Of a stretch of 64,000 bases of DNA, positions 35,885 to 44,157 are shown one piece after another. The first letter of the stretch is position 1; the number at the start of each line of letters is the position of its first letter. A program made the translations under genes and the position numbers. The notes under the pieces are model-generated. The model did not search any database and had not been told where the DNA came from. It saw only the letters and a list, made by a program, of their open reading frames with translations. Source of the DNA: Candidatus Moraniibacteriota bacterium (GTDB lineage: Bacteria; Patescibacteriota; Minisyncoccia; Moranbacterales; DUUL01); contig JBFHIG010000003.1 in NCBI GenBank assembly GCA_041596615.1, forward strand, positions 21,880-85,879. The letters are read 5' to 3'.

Positions 35885-37186
35885 ATGTCAAAGAAAAACA
35901 AGAGAAATAAGGGGAATGAAAAAGAAGAGGAGAAAAAAAATTTAACAGAAAAAGAGGAGGGTGTGAATGATGAGAATAAAGAAGCCGAAGTAGAAAAAGT
36001 TGAGATTACTTCATCTGAAAACGAGAGCATCGAGCCCGGTGAGGAGCTTGAAAGTCAAGCAACAGTTTCAGAATTAGATGAGAAGGCAGAAACTCAAAAG
36101 ATGATTAAAAATCTTATTTCAGCTGTTGTTTTGTTAGCTGGTGTTGCCGTGGGTAGTTTTTTTGTTGATATTGTCCAATTTGTAAGTGGGGATGGTTTTT
36201 CGAAAAGGGCTTTAAATAATTCAGAAGTTTTGGTTGCCGGAGATAGAACGTGGGTGGCTTTTGATCAGCCAGCAGTTAATGTAAAAGTTTTGACGGTTGG
36301 AGAGGAAGCGATGGGAGATTGCGCTAATTGTGATCCTACAGATGTTTTGGTTTGGTTGAGGGACTATATTCCAACCATGGTAGTGAAAAATATTAGCGAT
36401 GATTCTGAGGAAGGCAAAGCTATGATTGAGGCATATAATGTCAAATCATTGCCAGCATTTTTCTTTTCAAACGAAATCGAAAAAACTAAATTTTTTCAAG
36501 GAGAGGGTAGTGTTGTTTTTGAAGAAAAAAATGATTCCTATATGCTGAATGCTGCTGGGCTTGGAATTCCGGTTGGAAAGTATTTGCAGACGCCAGACAT
36601 TGAAGATACAGATGCAATTATGGGAAGTAGGGATGCAAAAGTTAAAGTAGTTGTTTTCTCAGATTTCCAATGTCCATATTGTGGGGAACATTTTAAAAAT
36701 GCTATGGAAGCTACAGAGTCTTTTGACCAGAATGATGTTGCTCTTATATATAAAGATTTACCTCTGAGTTTTCATTTACAAGGGAAGAATGCTGCTATGG
36801 CTGCAAGATGCGCTCAGGATCAAGGAAAGTTCTGGGAGATGGGAGCATTGCTATATGATTCGCAAGCCAACTGGCAAGACACACAAGGAACTGCGAGTTT
36901 CAAAAAGTATGCTAGAGATTTAAACCTGGACGCGATTAAATTCAATAAATGTATTGATGAAGCTTCTTTCGATGCCTTAATTGAGAATGATTTGAATCAA
37001 GCAAGCGAGATTGGTGTCGCTGGAACTCCTGCAACATTCGTCGGAACACAGTTTACAAGTGGTGTTATTCCTGTTGCCGAGTTTAAATCAATGATACAAG
37101 CAGAGTTAGATGGTGGCGCTGAATCAAATGAGAACGAGAATAATTCCACAGAAGAACCTCAAGCCCAAGCAGAAGAAGTTTTGTAG
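35885..37186 (+). CDS. Membrane-anchored DsbA-family thiol:disulfide oxidoreductase
   Basis: 433 aa. Acidic N-terminus, one TM, and a thioredoxin fold with FSDFQCPYCGEH and ...GVAGTPATFV. Confidence 0.8.
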   Translation: MSKKNKRNKGNEKEEEKKNLTEKEEGVNDENKEAEVEKVEITSSENESIEPGEELESQATVSELDEKAETQKMIKNLISAVVLLAGVAVGSFFVDIVQFVSGDGFSKRALNNSEVLVAGDRTWVAFDQPAVNVKVLTVGEEAMGDCANCDPTDVLVWLRDYIPTMVVKNISDDSEEGKAMIEAYNVKSLPAFFFSNEIEKTKFFQGEGSVVFEEKNDSYMLNAAGLGIPVGKYLQTPDIEDTDAIMGSRDAKVKVVVFSDFQCPYCGEHFKNAMEATESFDQNDVALIYKDLPLSFHLQGKNAAMAARCAQDQGKFWEMGALLYDSQANWQDTQGTASFKKYARDLNLDAIKFNKCIDEASFDALIENDLNQASEIGVAGTPATFVGTQFTSGVIPVAEFKSMIQAELDGGAESNENENNSTEEPQAQAEEVL

Positions 37187-37229
37187 GAAAAAAGTTATTG
37201 TCAAATAATCATTCATTCTTAGGGGAGTC

Positions 37230-37790
37230 ATGAAAAACAAATACGAAATAATAATACATGGTCGTGGAGGACAAGGAGCGAAAAGTACAGCTGAAATTTT
37301 AGTGCAAGCTGCTATTCGTAAGGGTAAGTTTGTGCAAGCCTTTCCAAATTTCGGCCCAGAAAGGACGGGTGCTCCAATGTGTGCTTTTGTGAGGATTTCC
37401 AATAAGCCGATTAGGACTCGTGAGCCCATTGTTGATCCAGATTGTGTTTTAGTTCTTGATGAGACTATAGCCGATGTTGTTGATGTTGCAAAAAATATTA
37501 CAGGCACAGAAGCTTTGATTATAAATTCCAGTAAAGGGAAACATGATTTGGCAATGAAGATGAAATTTTCTGGAAATTTGGTCCCGATTGATGCTAGCGG
37601 AATGAGTAAAGAGATTGTTGGTGAAAATAGGCCCAATACAGTAATCTTAGGAAAATTTGCTTTCGTTACTCATGTAGTGGAACTAGATGACATAATAGAT
37701 GCTTTTCGCGATAAATATGAAAAGAAGCTTGGGGCTGAAAAGACTAACAAGAATTTAAAAGCCATTGAGAGGGCTTTTAACCATCACTAG
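37230..37790 (+). CDS. porG: Pyruvate/2-oxoacid:ferredoxin oxidoreductase gamma subunit
   Basis: 186 aa. IIIHGRGGQGAKSTAEIL and FPNFGPERTGAP. Confidence 0.88.
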   Translation: MKNKYEIIIHGRGGQGAKSTAEILVQAAIRKGKFVQAFPNFGPERTGAPMCAFVRISNKPIRTREPIVDPDCVLVLDETIADVVDVAKNITGTEALIINSSKGKHDLAMKMKFSGNLVPIDASGMSKEIVGENRPNTVILGKFAFVTHVVELDDIIDAFRDKYEKKLGAEKTNKNLKAIERAFNHH

Positions 37791-37814
37791 AATTAAGTTT
37801 TTAGGTTTAAAAAA

Positions 37815-38141
37815 ATGACACAAATAAAACAAGCCAAAAGCGATCATTTCAAAAAGCTAGTTAAAAAACTTCCTAATAAAAAGGGTGTGGAATTTGGAGC
37901 TGTTATTGAAAACAAAACAGATAATTATCCTAATACCGGTGACTGGAAGAATTCTGTTTTTAGTGTGAATGAAAAATGCATTGGTTGCGGTCTTTGCGAG
38001 AAACATTGTCCAGAGGCCACCATTTCAATGAAGATGATTGGTGATAAGAAAAAAGCTGAAATTGACCCAGAGTTTTGCAAAGGATGTGGAATATGTGCAA
38101 GCGTTTGTCCTGTCGGGGCAATAAGCTCCAAGAAAGTCTAA
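37815..38141 (+). CDS. porD: 2-oxoacid:ferredoxin oxidoreductase delta subunit (2x[4Fe-4S] ferredoxin)
   Basis: 108 aa. CIGCGLCEKHCP and CKGCGICASVCP. Confidence 0.85.
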   Translation: MTQIKQAKSDHFKKLVKKLPNKKGVEFGAVIENKTDNYPNTGDWKNSVFSVNEKCIGCGLCEKHCPEATISMKMIGDKKKAEIDPEFCKGCGICASVCPVGAISSKKV

Positions 38142-38165
38142 AACATTCAGATTAAAAGGAGAAAG

Positions 38166-38840
38166 ATGGAAAAAGAATTTTGCAAATATAATCTAGTGAT
38201 TGATTTTGATAGCACATTTATTAAATTTGAAGCACTGGATGAATTGGCAAAAATTGCGCTTGCAAATGACCCGGAAAAGGATAAAAAGGCTGCTAAAGTT
38301 GAGAAAATTACAAATAAGGGAATGTTAGGGGAAATCTCTTTCCCGGAATCTTTGCAGTCAAGATTGGAACTTTTCAATATCGAAAAAAAACATATTGAAG
38401 AATTGGTTGGAAAAATAGAAAAAAACATTTCCAATTCTTTTCTAAAACACAAAGACTTTTTTCTGAAGAATGATAAACGTATTTATATAATCTCGGGGGG
38501 ATTTCTAGATTATATTTTGCCAATCGTTAAGGAGTTTGGAATTTTAGAGGAAAACATCTTGGCAAATGAATTTATTTTTAAAGGGGAGACTGTTATTGGA
38601 ATAAATAAAGATAATTTTTTGGCAAAAGAAAAAGGGAAAGAAAAAGCAGTTAGAGCTCTTGGAATTGAGAATGTCATAGTCATCGGGGATGGATGGACTG
38701 ACTATGAGATCAAAAAGGCTGGCTTGGCTAAGAAATTCATTGCCTACACAGAAAACATTTCTAGAAAAAAAGTAGTGGAGCAGTCTGATTTCGTGACAAG
38801 CGATTTTGGCGAAATTATTGATTTCATTGAGAAATTATAG
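38166..38840 (+). CDS. HAD-IB family hydrolase, phosphoserine phosphatase (SerB)-like
   Basis: 224 aa. Motif I VIDFDSTFI (DxDxT), motif IV GDGWTDYE, and AAGGAG located 4 nt before the ATG (3-nt spacer). Confidence 0.75.
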   Translation: MEKEFCKYNLVIDFDSTFIKFEALDELAKIALANDPEKDKKAAKVEKITNKGMLGEISFPESLQSRLELFNIEKKHIEELVGKIEKNISNSFLKHKDFFLKNDKRIYIISGGFLDYILPIVKEFGILEENILANEFIFKGETVIGINKDNFLAKEKGKEKAVRALGIENVIVIGDGWTDYEIKKAGLAKKFIAYTENISRKKVVEQSDFVTSDFGEIIDFIEKL

Positions 38841-38854
38841 GAGTTAAGGTCAAG

Positions 38855-38879
38855 CAAGGGTTGATACCCTTGTTTTTTT
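38855..38879 (+). terminator. Rho-independent terminator
   Basis: CAAGGG (38855-38860), loop TTGATA, CCCTTG (38867-38872), then TTTTTTT. Confidence 0.65.
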
Positions 38880-38887
38880 ATCTAAAA

Positions 38888-38928
38888 TTTATCTTATAAA
38901 ATAACAGTTTGTTATTTTATAAGATAAA
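38888..38928. repeat. 41-nt AT-rich near-perfect palindrome
   Basis: TTTATCTTATAAAATAAC (38888-38905) is the exact reverse complement of GTTATTTTATAAGATAAA (38911-38928). Confidence 0.85.
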
Positions 38929-39364
38929 AAGGGTACCCAATAAATTTGGATATTATCACCAGTTTTAATAAAGCAATTGGTATTATTTACCGGAAACGCC
39001 CTTGTGAATTTCTAATAATTACTCGATTAAATACCCCTCCCTCTCCATGGAAATCATCTACCCAAAGACTATTTTCTTTTTTGTAAGCTTCTCATTGTCT
39101 AAGGCTTGGTGTGATTTCTCAAATAAATCAGCGCTCCTAATTAAATCGGTTAGGGGTCGAAGCTCTTTAGCTAGAACAGAGACTCAATGAATTTACCTTT
39201 TTATCCAAAAAGTAGTATAATTTAAGAGTATTAAAGATAGGTTCTTGTATATTACTAGGTTCATATATTTTTTTGTATATAGATTTGTTATTATTTTTTA
39301 AAATAGTTCTTTAATTGGTCTTTTTATTCAAAAGAACAATTCAATAAAATGAGGGGGTGATGCC

Positions 39365-39496
39365 ATGTGTTGTCGAGAAGCGATTCGTATCCTGATGTTA
39401 AGCCCGTTGTATTTCAGATATACACTTAAGCAACGTTGGGAGCTTGTGCAGTACTATTGTAAAAGCTTCGACGAGACTTTTAATGCTCGGGCTTAA
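39365..39496 (+). CDS. Candidate 43-aa ORF with a strong SD, inside the por gap
   Basis: GAGGGGG (39351-39357) lies 7 nt before ATG 39365. Translation: MCCREAIRILMLSPLYFRYTLKQRWELVQYYCKSFDETFNARA. The local GC content is higher than the flanks. No family recognised. Confidence 0.3.
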   Translation: MCCREAIRILMLSPLYFRYTLKQRWELVQYYCKSFDETFNARA

Positions 39497-39631
39497 AATA
39501 TAAAAAAACAAAGAAGGGGGGACATGGAATTCATTATCTTCAAACCGTTAGTTTGAAAGTTGTAAAGTATGATTGTAATGACAATCGCCAATACTTTATT
39601 TCTTCACTAGCGGTTTTTTAAATCTAGTCTT

Positions 39632-39660
39632 TTGCTAAAGTGAGTTTTTTAGCGTAATAT
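39632..39660 (+). promoter_or_regulatory. sigma70-like promoter upstream of rubrerythrin
   Basis: TTGCTA (39632-39637), 17-nt spacer, TAATAT (39655-39660). Confidence 0.45.
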
Positions 39661-39708
39661 AGAGGTGGGAAGATATTTTAAAAACTAATAAAATAGACTA
39701 TAAAAAAT

Positions 39709-40230
39709 ATGAAAACATATATTTGCGAGATTTGCGGAGATGCTTATGTAGGAGAAGAGAGACCAACTCAATGCCCATTTTGCGGGGCCAAAAAAGAATT
39801 TATCAAAGATGGGGCAATAGCGAAACCAATTGTTAACGAAAAGTTTGAAATAAGCGGTAAGAGTGGAGAGAATCTAATGAAAACATTGGAACTAGAAATG
39901 CACGCTACTTCAATTTATCAATGCATGGCGACCAAAGCCACTAGTTATGAAATTAAGGCAATGTATAAAAGACTAGCCAAAATAGAACTGGAACACGCAA
40001 CAATAGTTACAAAGCTTTTAAAAATAGAAAGACCGGACGCATTAGTTATAAAATGTCCAGATAGTGAAGCGGAGAACTTCAAAGAAACAATCGTTTTGGA
40101 AGATAATGCTTCTAAGCTGTATGTACAGTTTGCACAAGAAGCAACTGAAGCGCATATCAAAAAATTCTTTGGAGCATTGGCCTTAGTGGAAGGGGAGCAT
40201 CTTGAATTGGTAAGAGGTTATCTTAAGTAG
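39709..40230 (+). CDS. rbr: Reverse rubrerythrin (N-terminal rubredoxin-like domain plus diiron four-helix bundle)
   Basis: 173 aa. CEICG...CPFCG at the N-terminus, then ferritin-like ExxH motifs (LEMHAT, ELEHAT, EGEHLE). Confidence 0.85.
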   Translation: MKTYICEICGDAYVGEERPTQCPFCGAKKEFIKDGAIAKPIVNEKFEISGKSGENLMKTLELEMHATSIYQCMATKATSYEIKAMYKRLAKIELEHATIVTKLLKIERPDALVIKCPDSEAENFKETIVLEDNASKLYVQFAQEATEAHIKKFFGALALVEGEHLELVRGYLK

Positions 40231-40477
40231 GTAGAATATTTTTGTCCACAAAAATTTTGTGCTCCAGACATTTTTAGAGAGGGCTTTTTTGTTATGTTTA
40301 AATATTGCCTAGAACATTGATATTTAAAAACGAGATTTTGATTGCTAATAAATTGAGATTTTGTTAAGATTAAAGAAGCTTTGAAACTTGTAATTGAGAA
40401 TCTTTTGACGATTGGGCTGATTGAAAAAATGAAAACAAGTTCTATGAAATTCTAATTGATTTAGCTAGAGTATAAAA

Positions 40478-41605
40478 ATGAACAAAAAAAATAAAAATAT
40501 TGCTCTTACTGGTGGTTATGCTGTTGGCGAAGCAATGCGACAGATTAACCCTGATGTTGTTGCAATGTATCCTATCACACCACAGACCCCTATTATTGAG
40601 TATTTTGCAAAGCAAAAGGCAAATGGAAGAGTTAAGACAGAGAGTATAACTGTTGAGTCAGAACACAGTGCAATGAGCGCTTGTATTGGAGCTTCGGCTT
40701 GTGGCGCCAGAACAATGACAGCATCAAGCTCACAAGGAATTATGTATATGTTTGAAGTTTTGCCGATTGCATCTTCAATGAGGTTGCCAATTGTGATGGC
40801 TGTTTCAAATCGTGCAATCTCTGGTCCAATCAATATTCATGGAGATCATTCTGATGCAATGGTGATGCGAGATATGGGCTGGATTCAAATTTTTGCAGAA
40901 ACCGCTCAAGAGGCTTATGATAATATGATAATCGGAATGAGATTGGCGGAGAAAGCACTTTTGCCACTTGCAACCAATATGGATGGGTTTTTTGTTTCGC
41001 ATAGTGTCGAAAATGTAAGCTTGCTTGAAGATAAGCAAGTAGAAAGATTCGTTGGAGAATATTCTTCAAAACAGAGTCTCTTTGACTTTGATAGCCCCAA
41101 AACCTTTGGACCAATTGCCTTGCAAGATTCATATTTTGAATTTAGAAAACAGGTCCAGGATGCGATGAAAGAAGTCCCTAAAATGTTTGATGAAGTCGCA
41201 AAAGATTTCGAAGAAATTTCTGATAGGAACTATGAGTGTGTTGAAGAATATAAAACAAAAGACGCAAAGAAGGTTATTGTGGCAATTGGAAGTGTTTGTG
41301 GCACAATCAAAGAAGTTGTTGATCGTTTGAGAGATGAAGGTGAGCATGTTGGCTTGTTAAAGATTCGACTCTTTAGACCATTCCCATATAAAAATGTTGC
41401 AAAGGCCCTAAGGGGTGTAGGGGAAATTGTAGTTATGGATAGAAATATGGCTTTTGGTACAAGACAAGTTTTGGCGACAGAGACAGAACAAGCAACTGGC
41501 AAAAAAGTGAAAAGTGTTGTTTATGGACTTGGAGGAAGAGATGTATTTGAAAAGCAGATAGAAGGACTATTTTTAGAAGAAAAGATACCAGAATATTTGA
41601 TGTAA
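40478..41605 (+). CDS. porA: Pyruvate/2-oxoacid:ferredoxin oxidoreductase alpha subunit
   Basis: 375 aa. GGYAVGEAMRQINPDVVAMYPITPQT and ESEHSAMSACIGAS. Confidence 0.9.
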   Translation: MNKKNKNIALTGGYAVGEAMRQINPDVVAMYPITPQTPIIEYFAKQKANGRVKTESITVESEHSAMSACIGASACGARTMTASSSQGIMYMFEVLPIASSMRLPIVMAVSNRAISGPINIHGDHSDAMVMRDMGWIQIFAETAQEAYDNMIIGMRLAEKALLPLATNMDGFFVSHSVENVSLLEDKQVERFVGEYSSKQSLFDFDSPKTFGPIALQDSYFEFRKQVQDAMKEVPKMFDEVAKDFEEISDRNYECVEEYKTKDAKKVIVAIGSVCGTIKEVVDRLRDEGEHVGLLKIRLFRPFPYKNVAKALRGVGEIVVMDRNMAFGTRQVLATETEQATGKKVKSVVYGLGGRDVFEKQIEGLFLEEKIPEYLM

Positions 41606-41649
41606 GAATCAAGAGTAATTTAAATAAGTTTTAGATTTGAAACTAAAAT

Positions 41650-42564
41650 ATGATTAATAAATACAAAGAACAAAAATTTACTGCAGCAACAACTTGTGCT
41701 GGTTGTCCAATCGGTGTTGTCGCCAGAACAGTTTTGAACGCCACAGATGACCCAATTGTGGTTACAAATGCAACTGGATGTATGGAGGTTACTTCAACTA
41801 TATATCCAAATACATCATGGAAAGTGCCATATATCCATAGTGTTTTTGGGAATGCTGGAGCAACTGCATCAGGAATAGAAGCAGCTGTTAAGTCTTTGAG
41901 CAAGCAAAAAAGGGTCAGTGACAAAGTTAAAGTAGTTGCTTTTGGTGGTGATGGAGGAACCCTTGATATCGGTCTACAGGCGCTCTCAGGAGCACTTGAA
42001 AGAGGGCATGATTTTCTTTATGTTTGTTACGATAACGGTGCTTATATGAATACCGGAAATCAACGTAGCGGAGCAACCCCGTTAGGCGCTGGAACACAGA
42101 CGACTCCTTTTGGAAAAGAATCATTTGGAAAAGAGATGAGAAAAAAAGATATTATGGCAATCGTTGCTGGACATCATATTCCATATGCAGCAACGGCTAA
42201 CGTTGGTTTTTTGGAGGATTTCAAAGCAAAAGTAAAAAAAGCCTTTAGCATTAAAGGTCCAAAATTTATTCTTGTTTTTTCTCCTTGTGTTTCGCTTTGG
42301 CAATATCCTTCAGCAAAAACCTTTGAAATTGCAAAGCTTGGAACAGAAACAAATTTTTGGCCACTGTATGAGATTGAAAACGGCCAGTATAAACTTTCTT
42401 ATGAGCCGAAAAAGCGTAAGTCAATTGAAGAATTCTATAAAACACAAGGAAGATTTAAGCATCTTTTTGTTAGAGATGATAAAGATATTTTACTTAGAAA
42501 AATTCAAAAAGAAGTTGATAATAGCTTCGCAAGAATAAAAGCGACAGCAGATGCTCATAACTAG
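41650..42564 (+). CDS. porB: Pyruvate/2-oxoacid:ferredoxin oxidoreductase beta subunit (TPP-binding)
   Basis: 304 aa. CAGCPIG and the TPP motif GGDGGTLDIG...YDNGAYMNTG. Confidence 0.9.
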   Translation: MINKYKEQKFTAATTCAGCPIGVVARTVLNATDDPIVVTNATGCMEVTSTIYPNTSWKVPYIHSVFGNAGATASGIEAAVKSLSKQKRVSDKVKVVAFGGDGGTLDIGLQALSGALERGHDFLYVCYDNGAYMNTGNQRSGATPLGAGTQTTPFGKESFGKEMRKKDIMAIVAGHHIPYAATANVGFLEDFKAKVKKAFSIKGPKFILVFSPCVSLWQYPSAKTFEIAKLGTETNFWPLYEIENGQYKLSYEPKKRKSIEEFYKTQGRFKHLFVRDDKDILLRKIQKEVDNSFARIKATADAHN

Positions 42565-42595
42565 AACTAGCTAATTTGAATATTAAAAAATAAAT

Positions 42596-43735
42596 ATGGG
42601 GATCGAGATTATTATTTTTGCGATTGTTATTGTCATCTGTTTTGTTGGTCTAGTCTTTTTTCTTAACGGTAAATTTTCTAACATGCAGACCGAGGATAAG
42701 GGAAAAGAGATGTTGATGCTACAGCAACAAATGGGTCAAGTGATTCAAACATTAGATAACAGGTTGACTGAAAATAAACAGGAATTAGATAAGAAGCTTT
42801 CTGAGTCTAATATGATTTCAAAGAGTCAATCGACTGAAAATATTCGTGTTATTCAAGACATTTCACGTGAGAGTCAAGATCATTTGGCCAGAATCAATAA
42901 ACAATTGCTTGGCGTGACAGAGCAAATGACAAAACTCGACGAAACCAACCGTCAGGTGATGGACTTTTCTTCTCAGTTGAAAAATTTGCAAGACATCTTG
43001 AAAAACCCAAAACAAAGGGGAGTGCTGGGCGAATACTTTCTGGAGGAGACGCTGAAAAATGTATTGCCACCGAATAGTTATCAAATGCAATATGCTTTTA
43101 AAGATGGAACCATCGTGGATGCAGTTGTTTTTGTGAAAGAAAAAGTGATCCCAATTGATTCAAAGTTTTCCCTAGAAACATATGAAAAACTGCTCAACTG
43201 CACAGAGCCTGAGCAGAGAGCAATTTTGGAAAAACAATTTAAACAAGATTTGAAAAATAGAATTGACGAAACTGCTAAATATGTGAAGCCAGCAGAGAAA
43301 ACAGTTGATTTTGCCTTTATGTTTATTCCTTCAGAAGCAATTTACTATGACCTTTTGGTGAATAAGATCGGCTCAGCTCAAGTTTCCTCGAGAGATTTAA
43401 TCGAATATGCTTTCAAGGACAAACATGTGATTATCGTTTCACCCACCTCATTTTTGGCTTATCTACAAACTGTTTTGCAGGGATTGAGAGCTTTGGAAAT
43501 TGAAAAATCGGCAAAAGAAATTCAAAAAAATGTTGAGAAGCTTTCAAAACATCTTAATCAATATGCTGTGTATCATGACAAATTGGGGAATACTCTAAAA
43601 ACAACAGTCAATCACTTCAATAGCTCTAGTAAAGAATTCAAAAAGATTGATAAGGATATTATGAAAGTTATAGAAACAGAAGAAGGAATTAATCTGGAAG
43701 GTGAAGAAGTTGAATTTCCAAAGTTAGAAGCATAG
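42596..43735 (+). CDS. rmuC: DNA recombination protein RmuC
   Basis: 379 aa. N-terminal TM, coiled coil, QRGVLGEYFLEETL, and DFAFMFIPSEAIY. Confidence 0.9.
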   Translation: MGIEIIIFAIVIVICFVGLVFFLNGKFSNMQTEDKGKEMLMLQQQMGQVIQTLDNRLTENKQELDKKLSESNMISKSQSTENIRVIQDISRESQDHLARINKQLLGVTEQMTKLDETNRQVMDFSSQLKNLQDILKNPKQRGVLGEYFLEETLKNVLPPNSYQMQYAFKDGTIVDAVVFVKEKVIPIDSKFSLETYEKLLNCTEPEQRAILEKQFKQDLKNRIDETAKYVKPAEKTVDFAFMFIPSEAIYYDLLVNKIGSAQVSSRDLIEYAFKDKHVIIVSPTSFLAYLQTVLQGLRALEIEKSAKEIQKNVEKLSKHLNQYAVYHDKLGNTLKTTVNHFNSSSKEFKKIDKDIMKVIETEEGINLEGEEVEFPKLEA

Positions 43736-44157
43736 GAATAAAAATACGTTTGTTATGAAAAAGCAAGTCAGAGGAACTTATATTTCCCCTGGCTTTTTGC
43801 AAAGAAGAGCAATCTAGGTTTTGTTTAAATTTTCTGTTTCACAGTTTAGAATGAACTTTCAAAAAAATAATTTTCAATTTAAAAACATTTCAATGTCGCT
43901 TTCGTTCCCGGCACAGCATTCGCGGGATGAACATCAGCAGAAATCTCGTCTTATATTGAGTTTTGAATTTCCGAATATCAAAAATTAACCTGGATTTATG
44001 GTAGAATTTATCCTCGAGAAATTGAAGATGGGAATGATGCCCATTTGATTTTTACTAAAATCATCAACGAGTTAATTTTTATTTACAAGAACAAAAAATA
44101 AAAAAAAGACATACTTCTCGATAAAAAGAATTTGTAATTAATTTTTTATTTCTTTTT

